This document shows, piece after piece, positions 10,501-17,337 of a stretch of DNA of 64,000 bases. This stretch comes from Bacteroidetes bacterium ADurb.Bin217 (GTDB lineage Bacteria; Bacteroidota; Bacteroidia; Bacteroidales; UBA1715). Position 1 is the stretch's first letter. Every line of letters starts with the position of its first letter. The translations under genes were made by a program, and so were the position numbers. The notes under the pieces were generated by a model. The model saw only the letters and a list, made by a program, of their open reading frames with translations. It was not told the DNA's origin and made no database searches. The DNA lies in the NCBI GenBank assembly GCA_002069975.1, contig MWCJ01000009.1, positions 848 through 64,847 on the forward strand, written 5' to 3'.

Positions 10501-10692
10501 GTTCATCGCGAACACTTCAACAACAAAGTGTATGTGTATGTACAGCGAATGCCCAAAGGAACTCATACGTATACGGTGAAATTGTCGAGTACTCATGCGG
10601 GTACATACACACTCAATCCTGCTCGTGTAGAATTGATGTATTATCCAATATTTAATGGACATAATGCATGTAAAAAAGTTGTAGTGAAATAA
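4573..10692 (+). CDS. Large alpha-2-macroglobulin family protein with an embedded SusC-like CarboxypepD_reg + TonB-dependent-receptor Plug module
   Basis: 2039 aa with a hydrophobic N-terminus. About 8107-8715 reads like a SusC N-terminus (ITGKITDEKGEPL..., NQALQGKAAGVQI, SPLYVVDGVP, ISILKDAPSVAMYGSRGASGVVLITTK). The A2M thioester-region motif YPHACNEQ has C-N-E-Q at 9421-9432. Confidence 0.75.
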   Translation: MTMRFVYLFLFLCVCILPRTFSQTDTLILDAYRSNRVIIYAISKQDALDFYTITDSKKEAEKLHALARNPIDTVSASTFADYDFPFGYYISERIVNTLLQYELHISVPFDIKVINNQRDFIVLVHDIHGSPILDAEVKINKRTIHLDKKTNTYRIPTANCKGTLYVTVDGYTKLYDVKRRNNNSDVMRISKSIVNVVLRPIRIVLYRTPIKYVARPVRRIITFPYRAVKYPYIITDLPGRIERNTMSFYNKSKDFVIKTYYYFDIEKAEKIALSPPYYYERYGNVYTNHKSALHFNQPKYKLKDSLFCKAFVTNKKGKPIKSDLKLFIVTDENYRTRVISKHIISPTHPGSYEFRKKLQDTLPLKIDTEYTLILKPKRGREIIAKKSFYIEEYKLKNVRWNVSLDSDNVYAPDSVRIQISGTDANKQPIMGGSVRYSVAVDKIIDHLSDIEFIPNTVLADTIQVQTNGKAEIVIPASKLTRTNASYAISLTMVDVNNELHTEKKYVSYYNKRSHIEYSKQNNALHVVYMENTDTIETQAVVTYVDANNVRIQRDTIVLPGKIVPLQFAANIIVSTGSLSRTIDCSLLPSGVEFQGAFVNKNVVLQIDNARNLPVYYELYVNKRKIHRDTCTQLQYSKRANIRKNYLVSIQYIWAGKVVSDFYSVRKKRTELDIVQINKKNVRPGDSVEITLLVKNYKNKPVKHVDVASWAISSKFTDYGIPRGIQFPEKVVNPQQINSFNLQQKPKIAQSKAMLQTDVFKQKLTGISFYDFRYPYQKIYRHEIPTPDSSTQFAPYVFVDGVLQPIYFLYVDETPVYYNFCGTNTNYSFDVPKTKTNKVTIEIRTHNKTIILKNVQFTKGNKTILSIDGSYCRECKITEMPEYLTYNEERILQRTVGRISPRYNGFTVVQTDNALYRTSDSKSFFIGPVNDGVITVQDFTNKVNVSLPFMPRDDVRAHTNYAYIIKSDFWFPYFEYTKEKNKKHIVLKKDAYLQPITPYAFKITRQDVLHDWINRYEQSLYTTYNSNTNYYKNPYKLTLLTEKYNAHANNPKIFRIIVVNLADSSIVIDKGYANTFNLPKTGKHVVMLVFIDKTYWVSPQFLVQENGITYMQIPDSLAVTKDFDMLTNTQLYHSYSTNSSTALLPIDLSKVTGTTKKYYQSEKLIPTDNSLITHDSRKAIKITGKITDEKGEPLIAASIAEEGTTNGTYSDIDGLWELWVHDTQAVLECSYVGFRTETIKVGKETNFSVSLKQDAVQLQAIVRVGYAAAKYEDVTGGISMVRGEELVFSATMPVNQALQGKAAGVQIRSNSGTPGAGMDVVVRGMGTAGDASPLYVVDGVPVGTDWKGDPNTIESISILKDAPSVAMYGSRGASGVVLITTKGGNSVSASSFSWKDAAKHPDVYASNQIRETFRDYAYWQPTLRTDKYGMVKFTAKMPDDINTWNTFVVAHSAKRQSGDYQSQIITDKPLIAELSVPDFLIEGDTSIIRGNTKNYGGSAVSVTNTFIHNGKQLSISDTVVQTIITNEQTIVAPHLDTCKVQFTTATNFGYSDTEIRKIPVFPQGTKETVGMFAYTLRDTVLWIKPDTVVGNIKLHVAASTLDIYEKELMRLQQYPHACNEQKASKLMAYLLWEKICKNSNQPFTGRAQVMSLIKQLDDNNYEHSGWAWWGKSEPVLWVTLHVIKSLQLAKDMGYEVKSSLHTPLTLYKLDLKKYSVWQSLEMLEILYSVSKHIDKEYLHTLDTLKHIDDYSKLRIIRLKQLYGMPYSIDSVIAKAHVSYTGGSYWGDERYRYSTGNIIPQTLCAYKILQADTTHTFDLQSVFFYFAMERNKTGYWMNTLESAQILSTLVPLAIMHAQPVKPAKLVIPHISTQTITAFPYSTEFPAIDSFKLELSCNRPVYITSSTSYWNPKPNVKSDYFDVTSAFKRNKEQVQTLTQGEQVELHVTIRAKKDAEYVMVEIPIPAGCTYESKQKQYSEVHREHFNNKVYVYVQRMPKGTHTYTVKLSSTHAGTYTLNPARVELMYYPIFNGHNACKKVVVK

Positions 10693-10693
10693 T

Positions 10694-11218
10694 ATGATAT
10701 CATCTTGCAATCTTATCAATATTGAACTTAAAGAATTTCAACAGTCAGACTTTGATAGGTTGATACAGTGGGTGCATACCGAAGAAGAAATGGTGCAATG
10801 GAGTGGACCTTTGTTTCGGTTTCCTATTACGCATCAACAGCTTGAAGATTATATACATGCAGAGCATCGGTTAGTTTTTTCGGTTGCTGATATTCATACC
10901 TCTCAAATAATTGGTCATGCAGAAATAAATGCAATAGATACAGTACAAAAAAGTGCACGAATTTGTCGAGTTTTGGTAGGAGATGAGCATCATAGAAACA
11001 AAGGATATGGTACTCAAATTATACAAGAACTGGTGCGGTATGCATTTGAAACAGTGCATCTCAATACATTAGATTTAGCTGTTTATGACTTTAATGTACA
11101 TGCAATTGCTTGTTATAAAAAATGCGGATTTGAAATAATTAGTTATTCTAAAAATAATTGTAAAGTAGGAGAGTCGTATTGGTCAACGTATACTATGAGA
11201 ATGCAAAAGCAACGATAA
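10694..11218 (+). CDS. GNAT family N-acetyltransferase (RimJ/RimL-like)
   Basis: Motif A-like RNKGYGTQIIQELVRYAF, and CYKKCGF near the C-terminus. The start is 2 nt after the upstream stop. Confidence 0.75.
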   Translation: MISSCNLINIELKEFQQSDFDRLIQWVHTEEEMVQWSGPLFRFPITHQQLEDYIHAEHRLVFSVADIHTSQIIGHAEINAIDTVQKSARICRVLVGDEHHRNKGYGTQIIQELVRYAFETVHLNTLDLAVYDFNVHAIACYKKCGFEIISYSKNNCKVGESYWSTYTMRMQKQR

Positions 11219-11231
11219 AAAACCTTGCACT

Positions 11232-11609
11232 ATGAATATACACATTGTAATCATTATCAGTATTGGTATTATCGTAGCAATATATCAATTGCATTCAAGA
11301 AATCCAATGATAGGTGAGCGTGTACGAGCTTTGTTTCAACAACATATCCTTGCAAAATATGTGCTTTTATACAATGCCATTCAAATACTATTAGTTGTAA
11401 TATATCAAAACCTTTCGAGTGCCGATGCTTTCGTATTTACCGCAGTGTTTCCTTTGTTTTGGATAGTTTGCATAGTGCTTCTCGTTCGATATATTGTTCG
11501 GAACATGTTACGCTATAGGCAACAGGGAATTTCAACAATAGAATTACTGCAACTGTGTTTACTTACACCAATTCCTTTTTTGTGGATTGTGCGGAGTGTG
11601 GGTGGTTAA
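11232..11609 (+). CDS. Hypothetical small integral membrane protein
   Basis: 125-aa ORF with several hydrophobic helices. No family motif recognised. Confidence 0.4.
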   Translation: MNIHIVIIISIGIIVAIYQLHSRNPMIGERVRALFQQHILAKYVLLYNAIQILLVVIYQNLSSADAFVFTAVFPLFWIVCIVLLVRYIVRNMLRYRQQGISTIELLQLCLLTPIPFLWIVRSVGG

Positions 11610-11666
11610 TGAAAATGAAAGAAAGTGATGGTAGATGTAAATTTGGCTGAAAGCCATTCCTAATAT

Positions 11667-11697
11667 AGCCCAATGGCATCGCCTTGGGAATATTTAC
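11667..11697. repeat. Left arm of a split hairpin (19-bp IR) plus an 11-bp direct repeat flanking the TA module
   Basis: agcccaatggcatcgcctt (11667-11685) is the inverted copy of aaggcgttgctattgggct (12551-12569), 17 of 19 matching. ggaatatttac at 11687-11697 repeats at 12538-12548. Confidence 0.6.
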
Positions 11698-11868
11698 AAC
11701 ACCAATCCATTTCGCCCTGTAAAGGGCAGCATATATTGTGGATTTATAAAAAAAAACAACTGTATATTGCCTTTTCAAGGCGTTTGTAATGCATGGGATA
11801 TTCCCTCATACAAAAAAACTCGTGCTTTAATCATACACTTAAAAATATTAAAAAACACTTGGTTTTTT

Positions 11869-11889
11869 GTAACGAATTCGTTACATTTG
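11869..11889 (+). promoter_or_regulatory. Perfect 16-bp palindrome (candidate antitoxin operator) overlapping a TAnnTTTG -7 box
   Basis: gtaacgaattcgttac at 11869-11884, and TACATTTG at 11882-11889, which ends 4 nt before the toxin ATG at 11894. Confidence 0.55.
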
Positions 11890-11893
11890 TCGA

Positions 11894-12238
11894 ATGAGAG
11901 AAATTGATATTACAGAAAATTGTTTAGAATATATTGATGGACAAGGTCAACGAGTTTCTTATAAATTTTTTCAGTTAATTGAGATAATAGAAGAAATTAA
12001 AATTGTTCATACGAATTTTGTCAAAAAGCTAACAAATTCGAGGTTCTATGAGTTGAGAATAAAAGCTGGAAATGAATATCGAGTTATAATTTTTGCAATT
12101 AATCATTTAAATTTCTCTGAATGTACTAAAGCAGTTTGTTTGAATGGTTTTTTAAAGAAATCAAATAATGATTACGTAAAAGCTATTAAAGAGGCTGAAA
12201 AGATTTTAGAAGAATACTTAAAAACGAAGGAATTATGA
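11894..12238 (+). CDS. Type II toxin, phage Gp49-like / HigB-RelE superfamily
   Basis: 114 aa. The FYELRIKAGNEYRVIIFAI block is typical of Gp49/HigB-like toxins. It overlaps the downstream HTH gene by 4 nt (ATGA). Confidence 0.75.
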   Translation: MREIDITENCLEYIDGQGQRVSYKFFQLIEIIEEIKIVHTNFVKKLTNSRFYELRIKAGNEYRVIIFAINHLNFSECTKAVCLNGFLKKSNNDYVKAIKEAEKILEEYLKTKEL

Positions 12239-12516
12239 AAACAATGAAAGCACAGGATTTATTGAAAGAACGATATGGTGAAAAAGGTTCTGAACGTCGA
12301 GATAAATTTCGAGAAGAAGCATATTCCTATTATTTTGGAGAGATAATTAAAAATAGGAGAAAAGAATTACATATAAGTCAAGAGAAATTGGCAGAAATAG
12401 TTGGAAAACAACGACCTTATATTTCAAGAATTGAAAATGGAGAGGATGTCAAAATTTCTAATCTATTACTCGTTGCAAATGCATTAAATTTATCGATGCA
12501 ATTAACACCAAGATAA
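12235..12516 (+). CDS. XRE-family helix-turn-helix antitoxin (HigA-like)
   Basis: HTH_XRE signature LHISQEKLAEIVGKQRPYISRIENGE. Translationally coupled to the toxin, in toxin-first order. Confidence 0.8.
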   Translation: MKTMKAQDLLKERYGEKGSERRDKFREEAYSYYFGEIIKNRRKELHISQEKLAEIVGKQRPYISRIENGEDVKISNLLLVANALNLSMQLTPR

Positions 12517-12525
12517 CTTGAAATA

Positions 12526-12696
12526 AAGCACAGGCATGGAATATTTACCTAAGGCGTTGCTATTGGGCTGGATTATATTGCTACCTTGTGGCGTTTTAGT
12601 ATACTATAATTTTTCAGCAGTTAAAAAATAGAAAAATTTCTTACCGTAATGACATTGTTCGCTCGAAAGCAAGGGTAGGAATGCAGAACGTCTGAT
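12526..12696 (+). repeat. Post-ORF repeat family, member D (with the internal right hairpin arm)
   Basis: agcacaggcatgg resembles the starts of members A, B and C. 12656-12695 (tgttcgctcgaaagcaagggtaggaatgcagaacgtctga) matches tgttcgcttgcaagtgtatagcggctgacagaacgctga in member A. Confidence 0.5.
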
Positions 12697-12770
12697 TTTT
12701 ATCTAAAACAATAATTTAATTAAAAATACGTATAAGACCGTCGTTTTGAATGAGTTTTAATACGTCTAGT

Positions 12771-13391
12771 ATGAAAAAAATATTTGCTTTTTTATTGTTT
12801 GGATGTTTGTATGCCTCATCTTTTGGTCAAGTTTTTACAAAGGATACCATTGCTCCCAATACAAAATATTCTATTGGGTTTTATCCTTCTTTATATTATT
12901 ATGATTGGAAAGTTGAAAATGAAGAATTCGAATTTGCTCGTTTCTTTTCTTTAGGTTTTCGGCCGGCATTTACGTATAAAATTACTCATAATATTTTCAT
13001 GAGTACAATAATGCATTATGAATTTAATGCAAGTAATTTTTATACAAAAGATAGTTTTATTGAAATAGGAATAGCTGCACGATACGTATTGCCTTATACA
13101 ATAAATGTGAGAGCACTTAAAAAACTTCATTTTTATTTTGAAGCCCAGTATCATAGAACAAATTATCGTTTACTTCCCTATACTGTAAAAATATTTGAAT
13201 TCAATGATATTGTAATAAAAGAAGATTTTATAATAAGCGATGGTCTACAGTATAATAAATTAGTAATTCCATTAGGTATTACTGTCCCTTTTACCAAAAG
13301 ACTATATTTAGATATCAATTGGCAATATTGGCATTTTATTTCAGGCAAATCATTTAATGGTTTTATGGGAGGAGTATATTATAATTTCTAA
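12771..13391 (+). CDS. Small outer-membrane beta-barrel-like protein (paralog 1)
   Basis: Signal peptide MKKIFAFLLFGCLYASSFGQ, alternating aromatic/hydrophobic strands and a C-terminal ...GVYYNF. I prefer the ATG at 12771 to the track start at 12750. Confidence 0.55.
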   Translation: MKKIFAFLLFGCLYASSFGQVFTKDTIAPNTKYSIGFYPSLYYYDWKVENEEFEFARFFSLGFRPAFTYKITHNIFMSTIMHYEFNASNFYTKDSFIEIGIAARYVLPYTINVRALKKLHFYFEAQYHRTNYRLLPYTVKIFEFNDIVIKEDFIISDGLQYNKLVIPLGITVPFTKRLYLDINWQYWHFISGKSFNGFMGGVYYNF

Positions 13392-13410
13392 TCTTGATTT
13401 AAAAAAATGT

Positions 13411-14022
13411 ATGAAAAATGTTTTATTATTTCTTTTAGTTTTTACCAGTTGTACTGTAAAAGCTCAATTTCTTACAAAAGACTCTTTGCAAGAAAATTTT
13501 AAAATTGGTTTTTACCCAGTTCTTTTATATTATGAGGAAAAAGTTGATGATCCGAATATGAAATTTGCACGAATTTTTTCTTGTGAATGCCGTCCATATA
13601 TTTCTTATAGAATAATTCAAAACCTTTATGTAGGAGGAGCATTCAGTTATGAGTTTTATAAAAGTAATTTTTATACAAAAGATAAATTAATTGAATTAGG
13701 TGTTTTTTCTCGCTATTATGTGCCTTTCATAATAAATAAAAGATTTTTTAAGAATTTTCGGGTATATGGTGAATTTGCATATAATAAAACAAATTACAAG
13801 GTAGTGCCGTATGTCGCAAATGTTGTAGAGTTTAAAAATATTACAATTGAAGAAGACTATATAATTTATAATTCATTGAATCAAAACAAAATTACAATAC
13901 CCATAGGAATTGAATTTCCGATTACTAAAAAACTAAAACTTGATTTTAATTGGCAATATTCTAAATATATTCAAGGCACACATATTACAGGTTTTATGAG
14001 TGGTGTTAGTTATAATTTTTAA
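13411..14022 (+). CDS. Small outer-membrane beta-barrel-like protein (paralog 2)
   Basis: Signal peptide MKNVLLFLLVFTSCTVKAQ. Collinear with paralog 1 (IGFYP..LYY, SNFYTKD, NWQY, GVSYNF). I prefer the ATG at 13411 to the overlapping track start at 13357. Confidence 0.55.
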   Translation: MKNVLLFLLVFTSCTVKAQFLTKDSLQENFKIGFYPVLLYYEEKVDDPNMKFARIFSCECRPYISYRIIQNLYVGGAFSYEFYKSNFYTKDKLIELGVFSRYYVPFIINKRFFKNFRVYGEFAYNKTNYKVVPYVANVVEFKNITIEEDYIIYNSLNQNKITIPIGIEFPITKKLKLDFNWQYSKYIQGTHITGFMSGVSYNF

Positions 14023-14118
14023 ATTATATCATGCAAAACAAAAATGGATTTTCTCAATCTATTATAGGTCTTAACTATCGATTCCATGAACGATAAAGAG
14101 AGCTTTTAATTATGAAGC

Positions 14119-14742
14119 TTATAGTTTTTCAATTACCTTGCTTAATGCCACATACAAATTTGCAATTGCTCCTTGTATATCCCAATGTTCCTTATTTCTA
14201 TCGCCTACGGTATTAGAAATTGCACGAATATGAATGCACGGAATATGTTCTTGCAATGCCACATAGTGTACTGCCGCACCTTCCATACTTTCTATGTGGG
14301 GATTGTATGTTCGAATAAGTTCTGAGAGCTGGAGCGGTGTGCTTGTTATGGTATTAACGGTAACGCCATGAACCTGTGGTAAAAACGGCACGGCGTGGCT
14401 CATAAGTACGAGTCGTCCTTGTGTAAACGGATACAAATCGGCGTCAGCAAAATTCATGTCGAATAGTGTGCGAAATCCTTGTTGCTCATAAACACCTACA
14501 TCGGCAAAACAATCGGAAACAACCTGTACCACCGTGCCTATAGGCGTGTTGGTAAATGTTCCGCAAATACCTGCATGTACTATAAGCTCGGGTTTGTGTT
14601 GGATGCAATATTTGGTAAGCGAATACAGTGTTGCATAACTACCCACACCCGACACCAATACCGAAATTGTATGTGTAGAATGTGTTGGAATGGAAAAATT
14701 CCGAGCTTCAACTTCCGATGCAAATACTACAAGTATGTTCAT
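14119..14742 (-). CDS. PNP_UDP_1 nucleosidase family protein, futalosine hydrolase (MqnB)-like
   Basis: About 207 aa with ESMEGAAV and SGVGS blocks typical of MTAN/MqnB-type nucleosidases. The specific MqnB assignment is tentative. Confidence 0.6.
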   Translation of the reverse strand: MNILVVFASEVEARNFSIPTHSTHTISVLVSGVGSYATLYSLTKYCIQHKPELIVHAGICGTFTNTPIGTVVQVVSDCFADVGVYEQQGFRTLFDMNFADADLYPFTQGRLVLMSHAVPFLPQVHGVTVNTITSTPLQLSELIRTYNPHIESMEGAAVHYVALQEHIPCIHIRAISNTVGDRNKEHWDIQGAIANLYVALSKVIEKL

Positions 14743-14991
14743 GTTTGTGAGAATTATGAGTGTAAAAGTACATAATTTTATTGTTGAGTGTACATAGTAT
14801 GTAGATTCTGCTCTTTTTACTTGGTATAGTAAAACAAGTTTTTCTCTAAAAATGAACGAAATACATGTAGTAATTCTATTTTTATTATAATATTTTCCGA
14901 TTCAAATCTGGTTTCATTATAATAATTTCCAATTTGAATTTGATTTTTACCCCTTTTTTTCGAAAAAAACATATTGTTTTTCACCTCTACT

Positions 14992-15065
14992 ACAAAGAAC
15001 ACAGACGTGTTCTGCCATGGCGAAGTTACACAACGTATTTCTCTGTGGCTCTCTGTGTGCTTTGT
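14992..15065. repeat. Word-repeat hairpin in a divergent intergenic region
   Basis: acaaagaacacaga (14992-15005) pairs with tctgtgtgctttgt (15052-15065), 13 of 14 positions. An alternative inner palindrome gaacacagacgtgttc lies at 14997-15012. Confidence 0.5.
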
Positions 15066-15320
15066 GGTAAAAGTATTTCTGTCAACTGTACATGTTGCTA
15101 TAGAAAATTAGGATACCCTCTCGAAATTGGATATTCTCAACACCTTAGAAATATTCGTTTATCTTATTTTTAAATTATTTTCCAAATATTGCAATGCATT
15201 ACACATTTCTCTGTCAAATACAAAAAATTTTGGTTTTATTAAAAAAACTACCTTATTTTTGCCAAACCCTCACATGTAATATATGTGTTGGAATGGTTCG
15301 TAAGGACAAAACAATGTACT

Positions 15321-15956
15321 ATGGAAATTTACAACAACGGATTATCAGTCCAACATCAGAGTAACTATCAACGAGTAGAGCAATACAACGATGAGGTAAC
15401 TCAAAAATTAGCCGACTTGTATAAACAAACACTTGTTTTATTAGGAGAAGATGCCGAACGAGAAGGTTTACTTAAAACTCCTGAACGTGTTGCGAAAGCT
15501 ATGCAATTTTTAACTCAGGGGTACAATACCGACCCCAAAGAAATTTTAAAATCTGCCATGTTCAAAGAGGAATACCGTCAAATGGTATTGGTGAAAGATA
15601 TTGAAATTTACAGTATGTGCGAGCATCATATGTTGCCGTTTATAGGAAAGGCTCACGTGGCTTATATTCCCGATGGATATATAACAGGACTTAGTAAAAT
15701 TGCTCGCGTGGTTGAGGTGTATGCCCGCCGCTTGCAAGTGCAAGAACGACTTACTGTACAAATTCGCGATTGTATTCAAGAAACACTTAATCCACTTGGA
15801 GTTGCGGTAATTATTGAAGCTCATCATTTGTGTATGCAAATGAGAGGCGTGCAAAAACAAAATTCTGCTACTACCACTTCTGCATTTACCGGTGCTTTTA
15901 CCAAAAAGGAAACGCGCGAGGAGTTTGTGCATTTGGTTGGAACACAATTACATTAA
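15321..15956 (+). CDS. folE: GTP cyclohydrolase I
   Basis: FolE blocks [19 protein letters not shown] and [11 protein letters not shown] prefer the ATG at 15321 to the GTG at 15285. Confidence 0.9.
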   Translation: MEIYNNGLSVQHQSNYQRVEQYNDEVTQKLADLYKQTLVLLGEDAEREGLLKTPERVAKAMQFLTQGYNTDPKEILKSAMFKEEYRQMVLVKDIEIYSMCEHHMLPFIGKAHVAYIPDGYITGLSKIARVVEVYARRLQVQERLTVQIRDCIQETLNPLGVAVIIEAHHLCMQMRGVQKQNSATTTSAFTGAFTKKETREEFVHLVGTQLH

Positions 15957-15960
15957 ATGA

Positions 15961-15995
15961 GTTTGTAAAGTTTATAAAGTTTGAAAGATTATAAG
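15961..15995 (+). repeat. Heptad-word repeat containing the 15-mer aaagtttataaagtt
   Basis: The 15-mer at 15967-15981 is identical to 16921-16935 and is the reverse complement of 17328-17342 and 26152-26166. Confidence 0.6.
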
Positions 15996-16033
15996 GAGTA
16001 GAATAAAATATTTAATTATTAAACAACAACAAT

Positions 16034-16915
16034 ATGAAAGCATATGTATTTCCCGGTCAAGGGGCACAATTTGTAGGAATGGGTAAAGATTTATATGATA
16101 CCTATCCGGTAGCAAAAGAAATGTTTGAAAAAGCAAACGAAATTTTGGGATTTCGTATTACTGACATTATGTTTGCAGGTACCGACGAAGACTTAAAACA
16201 AACAAAAGTAACCCAACCGGCTATATTTTTACATTCAGTAATTTTGGCAAAAGTATTAGGCGACAAATTTCAACCAAACGCTGTTGCCGGTCATTCACTT
16301 GGCGAATTTTCGGCATTGGTTGCTGCAGGTGCATTGTCGTTCGAAGATGGATTGGTATTGGTGTCGAAACGTGCACTGGCTATGCAAAAAGCATGTGAGC
16401 AAAATCCATCCACTATGGCTGCAATCTTAAATTTGGACGATGCTGTTGTTGAGGAAGTTTGTGCGTCGATAGACGATGTGGTGGTAGCCGCTAACTACAA
16501 CTGTCCTGGACAATTAGTAATATCGGGAACCAATGCTGCTATTGATAAAGCATGTGAATTATTGCTTGCAAAAGGGGCAAAACGTGCGTTGAAATTACCG
16601 GTAGGTGGAGCATTCCACTCACCACTTATGGAACCGGCACGAGTAGAATTAGAAGCTGCAATAGCTGCTACTAATATACAATCGCCAATTTGTCCTATAT
16701 ATCAAAACGTGAACGCATTGCCACAAACCGATGCTGCGGTAATCAAACAAAATTTAATTTTGCAACTTACTGCTCCGGTACGTTGGACTCAAACAGTACA
16801 AAACATGCTTGCCGATGGTGTAGATTCTTTTGTAGAAGTTGGTCCGGGTAAAGTATTACAAGGTTTGGTAAAAAAAGTGAATAAAGATGTTGAGGCTGTG
16901 AGCTGTGAGTTGTAA
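16034..16915 (+). CDS. fabD: Malonyl CoA-ACP transacylase
   Basis: FPGQGAQ start and active-site GHSLGEFSA. 293 aa. Confidence 0.95.
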   Translation: MKAYVFPGQGAQFVGMGKDLYDTYPVAKEMFEKANEILGFRITDIMFAGTDEDLKQTKVTQPAIFLHSVILAKVLGDKFQPNAVAGHSLGEFSALVAAGALSFEDGLVLVSKRALAMQKACEQNPSTMAAILNLDDAVVEEVCASIDDVVVAANYNCPGQLVISGTNAAIDKACELLLAKGAKRALKLPVGGAFHSPLMEPARVELEAAIAATNIQSPICPIYQNVNALPQTDAAVIKQNLILQLTAPVRWTQTVQNMLADGVDSFVEVGPGKVLQGLVKKVNKDVEAVSCEL

Positions 16916-16960
16916 GTTGGAAAGTTTATAAAGTTCGTAAAGTTTATAAGGTTTATAACG
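16892..16960 (+). repeat. Left arm of the long stem around the four-helix-bundle gene (7-nt periodic AAGTTnn words)
   Basis: gctgtga gctgtga gttgtaa gttggaa agtttat aaagttc ... This begins within the last codons of fabD and is complementary to the GTAACTT array at 17343-17391. Confidence 0.6.
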
Positions 16961-16992
16961 TATAGGTTATTGGATATGAATAGATAGTAGGT

Positions 16993-17337
16993 ATGAAGTT
17001 TAATCGTTTTGAGGAAATAGTTGCTTGGCAAAAAGCAAAATCTTTGACAATAAATTTGTATGCTATTTTTGACAATTCAAGAGATTTTTCATTTAAAGAT
17101 CAAATTCAAAAAGCCTCGGTGTCTATTATGAATAATATAGCAGAAGGATTTGAGCGAAAAACAAATAATGAGTTTAAATATTTTTTGTATGTTGCAAAAG
17201 GCTCTTGTGGAGAAGTTAGATCTATGCTTCATTTGTCATTTGAGTTACATAAAATAGATGAAGTATCATATATTGAAAATACTAAAATGACTGAAGAAAT
17301 CTCAAAAATGCTCTCCGGACTTATCAAAACTTTATAA
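16993..17337 (+). CDS. Four-helix-bundle protein (23S rRNA intervening-sequence protein family; the fold family that includes DGR Avd)
   Basis: FEEIVAWQKAKSL, SIMNNIAEGFER and AKGSCGEVRSML match the TIGR02436/PF05635-type pattern. Confidence 0.85.
   Translation: MKFNRFEEIVAWQKAKSLTINLYAIFDNSRDFSFKDQIQKASVSIMNNIAEGFERKTNNEFKYFLYVAKGSCGEVRSMLHLSFELHKIDEVSYIENTKMTEEISKMLSGLIKTL

Noticed and set aside
10246-10719. 157-aa minus-strand ORF. Similar antisense ORFs lie within the A2M-like gene, the kinase gene (38958-39329) and the GH74-like gene (42418-45931).
   Set aside because: All are embedded antisense in long, motif-supported genes and lack any recognisable family features.
14817-15173. Two short overlapping ORFs (61 and 79 aa) in the mqnB-like/folE intergenic region
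   Set aside because: They have low-complexity, Phe/Lys/Cys-rich products that cross palindromes and word repeats. The region is better treated as non-coding regulatory or repeat DNA.
15285-15320. N-terminal extensions given by the ORF track for folE (15285). The same applies to the track starts at 12750, 13357, 26231, 46350, 61644 and 62477.
   Set aside because: These use non-ATG or upstream starts that add non-conserved residues or overlap neighbouring genes. Internal ATGs give canonical N-termini or signal peptides.
16993-17337. Possible diversity-generating retroelement, because the four-helix-bundle protein is Avd-like
   Set aside because: No reverse transcriptase and no template/variable repeat pair with adenine-specific differences are present anywhere in the window.
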